NCBI GenBank assembly: GCA_040776945.1
Contig: JAXGZN010000001.1
Coordinates: forward strand, 192,001-256,000
Origin: Methanomassiliicoccaceae archaeon
GTDB taxonomy: Archaea > Thermoplasmatota > Thermoplasmata > Methanomassiliicoccales > Methanomassiliicoccaceae
Length of the DNA stretch: 64,000 nt
Direction: 5' to 3'
Shown: piece by piece, positions 31,610 through 40,629 of the stretch
Layout: each line of letters starts with the position of its first letter
Position numbering within the stretch: position 1 is the first letter of the stretch
Made by a program: the position numbers and the translations under genes
The notes under the pieces: generated by a model
What the model saw: only the letters and a program-made list of their open reading frames with translations
Told to the model about the DNA's origin: nothing
The model's database searches: none

Positions 31610-32890
31610 CTATTTTGAGCCCATTTCCGCCGCGACCTTTCCTTTGGGCCGCGGACGGTGATACTTCCTGAAGAAGAGCATCGTGAGCCCGGAAATTACC
31701 TGAAATGTACCGAGCATCACCAGTCCCAGAGAGTATGTTCCGGTCAAGGCCACGGCCAGGCCCACCAGGACCGTCCCGAACACGCCTGAGCCGTTCGAGA
31801 CGCCGTTGAGAAAACCTGTAGCGCCCCCGATCTGTTCTTCTGGAGCGATGTCCTGCAGCAGGGTGAACTGGTTCGGCTGAATGATGGAGATGAAGAAGAA
31901 CACCATGGTCATGAAAAATATGATCACGATGAAATCGGCGATGGGGATGACCAGAAAGATGAACGCTCCGGAAAGGATGCCGAATATCATGGCGATCTCC
32001 ACCAATCTGCCGGTTCGGGTGTCCAGAGTAGAGCCGACGATCAGACCGAGCACACCGCCGACATAGGGGATCGACGCGGCCCAGATCAGGTCCTGGTCAG
32101 TAAAGCCCTTCGCCATTATCAGGTAGGTAGGCAGCCACAGCGAAAGGCCCCACCAGGTCAGATTGGTCGTTATATCGGAAAGGACCAATATGTGGATGCC
32201 CTTGAGCTTGATCGTCTTCTTGACGCTATCGATCGATCGTCTCATCTGGCCTCGGAGATCGACGCTCTTGCGGGGGTAATTTCCCGTTGGAGTGTCCGCC
32301 AGCTTGAAGTACAATATCACCACCAGGATGAACCCTGCGATCCCCACCGAATAGAATGCGAACGTCCAGTTGGTTACGAGGATGAGCGGGACGATCAGGA
32401 GCGCGGCGAGCAGATTGGATATATACAGTGCGCTGAAGTACGCCGAGTTCACTCTTGCCCTGATCGACGGCCTGAACCATTCCTGGGTGATCTTGCTGTC
32501 GCTCGGAAATAGAGGCCCTTCCGCCAACCCTAGTATCAATCTGAACAGAATGAACAGGCCGAGGATGAGACCGACGACCCCCGTGAAGAACGTGATCAAG
32601 GACCAGATCGACATTATGCCTATGAGCGCCCTCCGTGGCCCGACGCGATCGATCATCGGCGCCAGGAAGATGTTCGAGAAACCGTAGCCGACGAGGAACA
32701 TGCCGAGAAGTATCCCGCCGTACAGCCCGTTCTCGTAGCTGTTCCAGCCGTACGCATCGCTTATGAACGGCAGCGCTACCGAGATGTTCACTCGGGTCAG
32801 ATAGCCGACCAGGGTGCTCAGGAACAACAGTACGGCAATGGTCAGGCCTCTGCCCTTGATCTTGCTGAGCTGTGTCCCTTGGTCGTTCAT
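31610..32890 (-). CDS. MFS transporter (anion:cation symporter-like)
   Basis: About 12 TMs, R.NISVA, DRVGPRR, R..LG.AEG..FP and WF...R motifs. Confidence 0.9.
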   Translation of the reverse strand: MNDQGTQLSKIKGRGLTIAVLLFLSTLVGYLTRVNISVALPFISDAYGWNSYENGLYGGILLGMFLVGYGFSNIFLAPMIDRVGPRRALIGIMSIWSLITFFTGVVGLILGLFILFRLILGLAEGPLFPSDSKITQEWFRPSIRARVNSAYFSALYISNLLAALLIVPLILVTNWTFAFYSVGIAGFILVVILYFKLADTPTGNYPRKSVDLRGQMRRSIDSVKKTIKLKGIHILVLSDITTNLTWWGLSLWLPTYLIMAKGFTDQDLIWAASIPYVGGVLGLIVGSTLDTRTGRLVEIAMIFGILSGAFIFLVIPIADFIVIIFFMTMVFFFISIIQPNQFTLLQDIAPEEQIGGATGFLNGVSNGSGVFGTVLVGLAVALTGTYSLGLVMLGTFQVISGLTMLFFRKYHRPRPKGKVAAEMGSK

Positions 32891-33093
32891 TCGGTAGTAC
32901 CAACTCCAACCGATGGTTGAAATGCTTTTCGCGCCGCTAGCGGCTCTTCCGCTACCTCGGCCTCGCTGACCTGGAAAAGATCGAGCGCTTCTCCCGCGCT
33001 GTCACTGGCCGCCATGCTCGCTTGCTGCTCCCCGAACGGAGAGGCGGTGAAAGCAGGGTCTTGAATTATCAGGCCGGTCGCCGTGGCCGCCGC

Positions 33094-33483
33094 TCAGCTT
33101 CCGTCTGCCATCTCCCGGCAGACGCTCAAGCAGTCCCGGCGGACCTGGGCGCATGCCTTCATGGCCTGATCGTCGAAAGCGTCGCAGCTCTCGGCGCAGT
33201 TGTCGCAGACGTCCGCGCTCATCCTGCACGCTTGGTTCACGAGCTTGGAGCTGCGGAGCATGAGGTTCTCGCTCTGCTCGCATATGTCCGCGCGATCGCG
33301 CATAAGGCGGACATGCAATATCTCTGCGTGCTTGCCGCACATGTTCAGACAGTGGATCGTCGTCTCGGTGCATACGACACGGCACTCCTTGCAGGCGCCT
33401 ATGCAGCGGTTCACCACGTCGCTCCTTTCCAATATCACGGCCCTTGGCATAAAGCTGAAAAGCGCTTCGTCGCCCAAGGTCAA
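33094..33483 (-). CDS. Cys-rich four-helix-bundle copper-storage protein (Csp3/DUF326-like), possibly degenerate
   Basis: Repeated CxxxC/CxxC helices; several expected Cys appear as Arg/Ser; start uncertain. Confidence 0.7.
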   Translation of the reverse strand: MTLGDEALFSFMPRAVILERSDVVNRCIGACKECRVVCTETTIHCLNMCGKHAEILHVRLMRDRADICEQSENLMLRSSKLVNQACRMSADVCDNCAESCDAFDDQAMKACAQVRRDCLSVCREMADGS

Positions 33484-33486
33484 AGA

Positions 33487-33744
33487 TGATAGTTACCCGT
33501 TGTGTCGACCCCATCCAGTTGGCCGCCTTCACTGAGGAGCACGAGAATGCTCGAGACTAATGGCGTCTCTTGCCATATTCGATAACTTGCTCACGAGCAA
33601 CCAGGCGAGCGGGCGGTAGCTCCGAGGCTCGGGTCGTAAGAACATAGGGCCTACGTGAGGCCGACCATTTCTCACGCCTGGTCCTATCATCAGATGTTCG
33701 TTCTGTGTTGAGTTTCTCCACATGAAGAAAAGGGGTAACTATCA
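33487..33744. repeat. Inverted repeat pair TGATAGTTACCC / GGGTAACTATCA (MITE-like or IS-end remnant)
   Basis: Perfect 12-bp IR (14/15 when extended inward) at 33487-33498 and 33733-33744; no TSD seen. Confidence 0.5.
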
Positions 33745-33959
33745 GGGACCTAGCAAAGCTCGGAGCTAATGCGATGAAGCAGTATGCTCGAAGACTAGCA
33801 TGCCCGGCGGCAGTTCCTCGATCGGATCGATGATGGGGCGCCACATTGAGAGCCATGTTAGAGTGGAGGAGCTAAGGCGCCAGAATATGCTTGAAGAGGG
33901 CGGGGAACCAAGGTCCAATTGGAGACGCCTTAAAATCATCTTGACGCCTGCACGCTCGA

Positions 33960-34777
33960 TCTAGAGGCGATGCGAAAGCGAACTCGTTCGCTTTCTAGCA
34001 GCGTCGCTGCCGCACCGGACGACCGCCGACGGACGAGAGAGCGCTTCTCGTGGCGTCCCTGCTCCGGGAGCTTCTCGATCTGACGTTCCGCGAGACGGGG
34101 GGGCTTCCTGGCGGGGTTTAGCTCGTACTACTCGTTGGAGCGTGTTCCGGACCACTCCACGCTCTCTCGCAAGCTGTCGTCGAAGCGCTGGACGACGGTG
34201 TTAGAGCGGTTCATCCAGCATCTTGCCGACGAAACGCTGGAAGGCAAGGCGATGACCGCCGCCGATGCGAGCGGATAAAGTGGACGCAAGCGCGGATGGA
34301 GGAAAACGAAGCACGCTTGGCGGGCGAGGAGGGACTGGGTCAAGGTGCACGCGATGGTGGAAGTCGATGAGTTCCTCGTTCTTTCGTACTCACTTACGAG
34401 ATCGAAAGTGCACGACAGCCGCGAGTTCGCGAACGTCTGGAACAAGTTGCCGTCGAACGTTTCACCGACGCATTAGCTGGCCGTAACTGCCGCATGCCAT
34501 CAAGAAGAACTCTCGTCTCTTCGCGAAACCGTGTAGCTTCCATCAAAAATTGGTAATTTTCGCTCGACACTGGCCTAACCGGTTCAAGTCGCTGTACGCC
34601 AAGCGCGCGCACGCCGAGACGGCGTTCTCGATGACCTTCGAGCTATTCGAGCACCGATTGAAATGTCGAGCGAATAATAGTAAGAAAAACGAGGTTCAGG
34701 TGAAGCTCGCTCTGTTCGACCTGATCCAGCTGGTTATGAGGCCAGAGTTCTGATCGCGAGGGATATACAACAAGGCC
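33960..34777 (+). mobile_element. Degenerate IS5-family (IS903-like) transposase remnant with right end
   Basis: Fragments VPDHSTLSR, ADASG*, DWVKVH, HDS and YAKRAHAETAFS, broken by stops, a frameshift and a deletion; ends in CAACAAGGCC (reverse complement GGCCTTGTTG, IS903-like). Left boundary approximate. Confidence 0.8.
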
Positions 34778-34959
34778 GATAGTATTAATTTCTAGAGTAT
34801 GATAATGCTCGAACAGGAAGGAGAGGAACGAGAAGCGGGTCTTGATGGTATGTGATCACCAATATCGAGAGCAAGGACCACGCATACCTCTTGATGAACA
34901 GAGAGATGGAAAAGGCGAAGGCCTGGGGAAAGGGGCTGGCCAAGGCCTTGGAGAAGTAG
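34778..34959 (+). pseudogene. Internally deleted paralogue of the flavodoxin gene at 20887-21406 (promoter, 5' end and last ~31 codons)
   Basis: gatagtattaatttctagagtatgataatgct vs gatagctttaatttccagaaaacgataatgct; IESKDHAYLLMNREMEKAKAWGKGLAKALEK* vs VESKDHAYRLKNGEMEKARNWGKELARILTK*. Confidence 0.85.
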
Positions 34960-35066
34960 GTTAACGCGGTGGCCCTGGAGTCACCCATAAAACGGACCTT
35001 ACGAAGAATTAACAGCCGAAGGAGCTTGAGATCTTGAAAACTAAAGCTAAGGCGGGGCGGGGGAAA

Positions 35067-35825
35067 ATGAGAAGGGATTCGTTCATCATCGTGGGTTTGT
35101 TAGCGGCAGCGATCGGTCTTTTATCCTTGATCCCAACGGCGATGGGCGAGTCGTCGACGGTTGTCTGGAGGGAGGATTTTGACCATGGGTCCCTAAGTGA
35201 GATGACCTCTGCGGGATGGACCATAGGCAATGCGGCCGAGACCTCACTGGGCGGAGGGCAGGTCTCACTTGGTTCATCTACATCGAATGGCGCAAGCATC
35301 GTTTTCGATGGGTTGCCCGATGGGATCGTAGACTGGACCGTGGAAGCCAACTGCAGTTGGATCGGCGGCTCGGTTGGAAGTCTAATGGTGAGTGTCGGGA
35401 CCACTACCCATTCCTACGCATGGTGGGGGGATGGCTATTACGGCGAGTTCGTTTTCTCGCGTGACGGCGTCAAAGTGATGAAGTTTTCAGGATACGCTCC
35501 TCAAATGAACACTGGGTGCGTACTAAAAATGGACAAGGTGGGCAACAATTTTAATCTGTTTTTCAACGGGGAGCTGAAAAGAACTTTCACCGAGACGGGG
35601 GAAACGGGCGTGGCAACATCCGTTTCCACGATAGGTCCATGGCACGGCCAGTCCAGCTATGATTGGATCGAGCTGCGCATCCCTAACGCCGTGAGCAGTA
35701 CTCCTGCCCCTGGGTTCTTCGATCTGTCCAACCCATGGTTCGTGGGCGGGATCGTGGTCATCATTGGCGGCCTGGCTGGAGCTGGCCTAATTCTCTACCG
35801 TCGGCAGCGTCGGCGGGATGATTGA
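35067..35825 (+). CDS. Exported, C-terminally anchored protein with beta-rich (concanavalin/LamG-like) domain
   Basis: Signal peptide, W.EDF, beta-rich body, C-terminal TM followed by RRQRRR. Confidence 0.7.
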   Translation: MRRDSFIIVGLLAAAIGLLSLIPTAMGESSTVVWREDFDHGSLSEMTSAGWTIGNAAETSLGGGQVSLGSSTSNGASIVFDGLPDGIVDWTVEANCSWIGGSVGSLMVSVGTTTHSYAWWGDGYYGEFVFSRDGVKVMKFSGYAPQMNTGCVLKMDKVGNNFNLFFNGELKRTFTETGETGVATSVSTIGPWHGQSSYDWIELRIPNAVSSTPAPGFFDLSNPWFVGGIVVIIGGLAGAGLILYRRQRRRDD

Positions 35826-35886
35826 AGCAGGAGGGACTGGCAGCGGCACGGGAATCTCAGAAGCAGGCGGGACATGAGGTGGCACC

Positions 35887-36546
35887 ATGGTCCGTCCGGA
35901 GGGCCAAGGCACGACAGGAAGCGGGAGCAACTCTGAACTGAGCATCGAATCAGAGCACGCCAAGATGCTGACGGACCAGCATATCTCGCGGGCCCTCCTC
36001 TCGCTTCTTCAGGGCCATACCAGCACCCTTCAAGCCCAGGAACAGGCCCTCGGTCAGAGCCAACAGGCCATGCAGCATATGCGCCAGGCTGTCGCCGACC
36101 TGAGCTCACGGATCGACCATGCCAACCAGCAGATCGCTGACCTGACCTAAGGATTGATCAGACCTATGTAAACACAAATGGCCGAGGCTCAGGGGCAGTC
36201 CTTGCCTAACCCGTCGAACACCGACCCTGGAAGCTTGGGCGTCTTCTCAAATCCGACCACGCCTGCAGGGAACGCCCTTATCGCCTCGGCTAACGACATG
36301 AAAGCTCAGGCGGCACAGATGGAGGCGCGGAGGGCGCGGCTGGAATCACAGAAGGTAGAATTGCAGGCGATGCTCTAGAAGAACAAGGTCCAGCAGGTGA
36401 CGCAACAGCAGCAGATGCAGGCCAACGAGTTGCAAGTACAACGGACCCAATGGCAGATGCAGCAGACCCGGCGGCAGCTTCAGCAACTTCAAATGGAGAA
36501 CCAGAATGCCGGTTCTGCCGGTCCCCATTCAGAGAACGTAGTTTAA
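35887..36546 (+). pseudogene. Gln-rich coiled-coil gene broken by three in-frame stops
   Basis: One frame continues through TAA 36148-36150, TAA 36169-36171 and TAG 36376-36378 to TAA 36544-36546, Gln-rich throughout. Confidence 0.65.
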
Positions 36547-36799
36547 AGAGGTTTGTGATTGGTCTTGTACGCCATCACCTTCCTCCATTCCTTGTTGCAA
36601 CAGGGGCTCTGTCCCTCGATCCCCTCATAGTCGGGTCCAACCTGCCAAGGAAAGCGCGGGTAATCCCTCCTTCGGACTAATGGATGGGGAGAAGGTTGGC
36701 TTTGTTCTCTCGATCTACTCTAGAGACCACTCTTCGATCCATGCAAGGTGGAAGAATGGTTTTCATCATCTTCGAGAACACATCATAAGAATATTGTAG

Positions 36800-36872
36800 T
36801 GCTCCCGTCGGGATTTGAACCCGAGTCGAAGCCTCGAGAGGGCTTCATGATTGGCCACTACACTACGGGAGC
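36800..36872 (-). tRNA. tRNA-Glu(CUC)
   Basis: GCTCCCG acceptor, AAGCC-CTCTCGA-GGCTT anticodon arm, GGGTTCAAATCCC T-arm; TTTATA upstream. Confidence 0.96.
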
Positions 36873-36914
36873 GTACTTCTTGGCAAATATGGATGTCTTT
36901 TATAAACCTTTCCA

Positions 36915-37463
36915 TTGACCGATGTTCTCGATCTTTTCGCCTCTCCTAGAAAGAGGGATATCGGTGGACCGATTGGCAGATGGTCGATGTGGAGGTCGTT
37001 CCCCTACTCCCGGCGATCGTTGGCGCAGAACGCGATCTACATCGGTGCCATCATCCCCGTCACCCTGGCCCTATTCATCATGATCGAGGCGGACCTTCCC
37101 TATCTCCTGCTCATCATCCTGCTGGAGGCCGTCATGTTCACGGTGATGGGCATATCCCCGCTGCTCACAGCGCATGAGCTCGTCGACGGCGTCCTGGTCC
37201 TCCGCCAGGGATGGTACTTCCGTGCCCGGGTGCCTTTGGACGAGATCATATCGGTAAAACGCCTAAACAGAGGCCCGAAGCGCACCGGCGTGTTCTTCCG
37301 CCTCACCGGCTCCACGCTGCACGTCACAACCAGGCGCGATGATCTGATCGAGATCGAGCTTGCCGGAAAGCGCTCGTTCGGGTGGGCGCTGGGCAAGAGG
37401 GCGGACCGCATCATCTTTGACGCGGAGGACAGCGGCGCCTTGCTAGCCGCTCTGAAAAGGTGA
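36915..37463 (+). CDS. Membrane protein with two TMs and a PH-like soluble domain
   Basis: Hydrophobic hairpin followed by L.LRQG......VPLDEI; start uncertain. Confidence 0.6.
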   Translation: MTDVLDLFASPRKRDIGGPIGRWSMWRSFPYSRRSLAQNAIYIGAIIPVTLALFIMIEADLPYLLLIILLEAVMFTVMGISPLLTAHELVDGVLVLRQGWYFRARVPLDEIISVKRLNRGPKRTGVFFRLTGSTLHVTTRRDDLIEIELAGKRSFGWALGKRADRIIFDAEDSGALLAALKR

Positions 37464-37464
37464 G

Positions 37465-38265
37465 CTATTCCCGCCAATCCAAACCGAGCGTTCTCAGTCC
37501 GAGCTTGGGGATGAGCGGCGTCTTCCGCTTGTGTGCGGTGCGGAGATGCATCGACCGGACCTTGCGCACCTGGGCCAGGGATATGGAGGTCTCGGCCGCC
37601 ACCGCCTCATCGCTGAGGGAGCGCTCGAAGCCGAACAGCACCTGGTCCAGCTCATCGTAGGTTATGCCCATCTCCCCCTCGTCGGTCTGTCCCGGCCACA
37701 GCCCGGCCGACGGCGCCTTCTCGATCATCGCCTCCGGAACACCAATCTCCCTGGCCAGCTGCCTGACCTCCGTTTTATAGAGATCGCCAATGGGAAAGAA
37801 ATCCGCGCCCCCGTCCCCGAACTTGGTGAAGTAGCCGGTCAGTAGCTCGCTCTTGTTGCTGGTGCCCATGACCGCCCTCCCCATAAGCCAGGCGTGATGG
37901 AACAGGACGATCATGCGGCACCGGGCGGCCACGTTGCCAACGCATTCCTTCCTATCCGGCTGGGGCAACATGGAACGGAAGGCCTCGACCGCCGGGGCGA
38001 TCTCCACCACCGATAGTGGTATGCCGAGCTCATTGGAGAACTCCTCGGCATCCCGCCGGTCCTCCTCGGACGTGGTGGAGGCGGGCATGAATATGTTGAG
38101 CACCTTCTCCGGCCCCAGGGCATCGGCGCACAGCTTGGACACCGTCACCGAGTCCAAACCTCCGCTGAGGCCGACGACCACGCCGTTCCCGCCACATTCT
38201 TCGACCTTCTGGCGGATGAAGGCCTCGATGGCCGGACGGGCATACTCCTTCAGCTTCGGCCTCAT
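37465..38265 (-). CDS. nadE: NH3-dependent NAD+ synthetase
   Basis: GLSGGLDS, GTSNKSE..GYFTKFGDG, LYKTEV and PSAGLWPGQTDE motifs. Confidence 0.95.
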   Translation of the reverse strand: MRPKLKEYARPAIEAFIRQKVEECGGNGVVVGLSGGLDSVTVSKLCADALGPEKVLNIFMPASTTSEEDRRDAEEFSNELGIPLSVVEIAPAVEAFRSMLPQPDRKECVGNVAARCRMIVLFHHAWLMGRAVMGTSNKSELLTGYFTKFGDGGADFFPIGDLYKTEVRQLAREIGVPEAMIEKAPSAGLWPGQTDEGEMGITYDELDQVLFGFERSLSDEAVAAETSISLAQVRKVRSMHLRTAHKRKTPLIPKLGLRTLGLDWRE

Positions 38266-38323
38266 ATGGGGCAGGGAAGAAGGTACGCTCTTTTATCTCT
38301 TGCCTTGCCATCATGCTCCCATC

Positions 38324-39103
38324 ATGTTGCGCATCGCCCTTGCCCAGGTTCCGTGTGCCCTCGGCGATAAGAAGAAGAACGTCTCCCGCATGAGCGAGGT
38401 GGTCAGAAGCGGGGATGCCGACCTGTACGTTTTCCCTGAACTGTACCTAACTGGTTACATGGTCCGCGACGACGTCTTCCGCCTGGCCGAGGGAACGGAC
38501 GGGGCGAGCGTGAGGGCCGTGGAGAGACTGTGCGACGAGCATGGCGCGCACGTCCTCTTCGGCATGCCCGCCTGGGACGAGCAGGTGCCGGGGGTCCTTC
38601 GCAACAGCGCTGTCCTGGTGTCCCCGGACGAGGTCGTCCAGCGGTATGACAAGGTCAACCCGGCGAGCTTCGGGCCGTTCGAGGAGTCCCTGTACTTCGG
38701 CGCAGGAACGACCGGCGCGCTCATGGACATCGAGGGCCGGAAGGTAGGGGCGGTCATATGCTACGATCTCTTCTTCCCCGAGCTCTCGAGATCGTATGCT
38801 CTAGCCGGCGCCGAGGCCATCATCTGCATCTCCGCCTCGCCCGTGACCTCGCGCGAGTACTTCGAGAAGCTCATCCCGGCGAGGGCCATCGAGAACACGG
38901 CGTACATGGTCTACGTGAACCAAGTCGGGACCCAGCTGAACCAGGTGTACTTCGGCGGCGGGGAGGCGTGCGGCCCCCTGGGGGGAAGGCTGGTCAAGAA
39001 CAAGTACTTCGAGCGGGACATGGGGACGTTCGAGATGTCCGTCGATGAGATCAGGGCTGCCAGGCGGGGGCGTCCCACGCTGCGGGACGCGCTCTCCCGC
39101 TGA
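38324..39103 (+). CDS. Carbon-nitrogen hydrolase (nitrilase superfamily)
   Basis: E-K-C triad in FPEL, YDK and ICYD; ARAIEN. Confidence 0.92.
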   Translation: MLRIALAQVPCALGDKKKNVSRMSEVVRSGDADLYVFPELYLTGYMVRDDVFRLAEGTDGASVRAVERLCDEHGAHVLFGMPAWDEQVPGVLRNSAVLVSPDEVVQRYDKVNPASFGPFEESLYFGAGTTGALMDIEGRKVGAVICYDLFFPELSRSYALAGAEAIICISASPVTSREYFEKLIPARAIENTAYMVYVNQVGTQLNQVYFGGGEACGPLGGRLVKNKYFERDMGTFEMSVDEIRAARRGRPTLRDALSR

Positions 39104-39111
39104 GCGCGGCC

Positions 39112-39300
39112 TCAGCTGTCGTCGATGATCCGGCACGGACATGTCATGTCCGCACAGGGGAGGGCGTGCGAGCCCTTTTCCGTGTCCCTCTTCCTCCCCG
39201 GCCGCTTCCCCTCGGCCCTCTCCGGAAGCCTGTCGATCGGCCGAGCCAGCTCCTTTTTGAGCTCCTCCATCGCGTCCTCGTCTTTTCTGATGATCGCCAT
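39112..39300 (-). CDS. Small hypothetical protein
   Basis: Charged ~62-aa ORF ending in C-x4-CPC; plausible codon usage. Confidence 0.4.
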   Translation of the reverse strand: MAIIRKDEDAMEELKKELARPIDRLPERAEGKRPGRKRDTEKGSHALPCADMTCPCRIIDDS

Positions 39301-39735
39301 CACGCTCACGATCATTTATTCCCATCCTCGTTCAGCTCACTTCTCCCGGGAGGTGGACGAAAACCGCATTTACGAGCCAAAGGGTGGCCTGATCGTGCAG
39401 TGCTGAAAATGGGCCTTTCGATAGAACGAGAGGATCTCAGGTCTTGGTTGTTGCCCACGGGCTTGAACGCGACGTCGTTCGTCGGATGAGCGATAGAGTG
39501 AACGAGCTTCCTGCATCGATGGTGGCGCGGTCCTGACGAACTCGCACCGCCTATTCTTGCGGCAACACGCAAAGAGATCGCTGAACGCTTTCGAAAGACG
39601 CTCCGCCTGGCTCAGGAGCACCATATGTGGGACCGAACTGAGGTGAAAGGCCGATCGTCGCCGACCATGACGCTCATGATGAATGCCCTCCAGCGACAAT
39701 GTTTATAAACATTGATGCGGTAACCGCAAGAACGA

Positions 39736-39819
39736 GCCGAGGTGGCCCAGACCGGTAAGGCGCAAGCCTGGAAAGCTTGTGTCCGCAAGGACTCGGGAGT
39801 TCAAATCTCCCCCTCGGCG
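39736..39819 (+). tRNA. tRNA-Ser(GGA)
   Basis: GCCGAGG/CCTCGGC acceptor, CAAGC-CTGGAAA-GCTTG, long variable arm, GTTCAAATC; TTTATAAA at 39702. Confidence 0.96.
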
Positions 39820-40134
39820 CTTCACGCTCTTTTCATGTTCTATCTCTGCTCTATCTCAAGACTTCTCTCTTTTGAATGGACCGTAGGAACTTCGAACCTG
39901 CCTGGGCGAGCGGGGCACGGCCATTGCCCAGGGCGGCTTCCTCAACTATCGCGGTCGCATCACCGCTCCCCGAGCACGTCTCTTGATCCTGAATATGATA
40001 TCACCAATGCGGTGGCCGGAGATGCATGCATCAGGGCAAGATGGCGTCCCGCTCGAGGAGTTGCCGGCGAGCGGCCGCGACAATATCAAATATGCCGCAA
40101 GGTGTCAGGACGCGGGATACTGGAAGGTAACCTC

Positions 40135-40629
40135 ATGAAGGTGAACGTAGACCTACGGCTGAAGGACATTCCCGGGCAACTGGTAGGGGCCCTGGAACCC
40201 ATCTCCGCGAACGACGGCAACATCAGAGGAGTGGTGCACCACCATGACGACAGGGTCGGCGGGAGGATCGCGGTCAACGTCACCTTCGAGGTCCGCTCGG
40301 AGCACGCGCTGAATAAGATCCTGGAGGTGTGGCGGAAGAGAGAGGTCGATGTCGCCAAGATCGACTCGTTCTTCGAGACCTTTCCCATTCAATATCTCAT
40401 TGTGGGCAGCATACCGACCAAGGAGCTGGAGAGCATCACCAAGGCGCTGGAGTCCATGGAGAACGTGGCGTTCATCGAGGTCCGCTACACCGGCTCGGCG
40501 AACTCCTCGTCCCGCGCCGCGCTGGTGACCGGGAAGGCCTCAAAGAAGGAGACCATCGCCTCCCTCGACCAGTTCTTCAAGCAGCGCTCGGAGAAGCACG
40601 ATTACATCCTCATCAGGGGGTTGGATTAG
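40135..40629 (+). CDS. ACT-domain protein (putative allosteric partner of homoserine dehydrogenase)
   Basis: LKDIPGQL..AL.PIS...GNI..V.H ACT motif; abuts hom. Confidence 0.85.
   Translation: MKVNVDLRLKDIPGQLVGALEPISANDGNIRGVVHHHDDRVGGRIAVNVTFEVRSEHALNKILEVWRKREVDVAKIDSFFETFPIQYLIVGSIPTKELESITKALESMENVAFIEVRYTGSANSSSRAALVTGKASKKETIASLDQFFKQRSEKHDYILIRGLD

Noticed and set aside
20200-36800. tRNA-Glu-integrated genomic island with att sites
   Set aside because: The accessory content and IS debris are suggestive, but I found no duplicate of the tRNA 3' end and no integrase.
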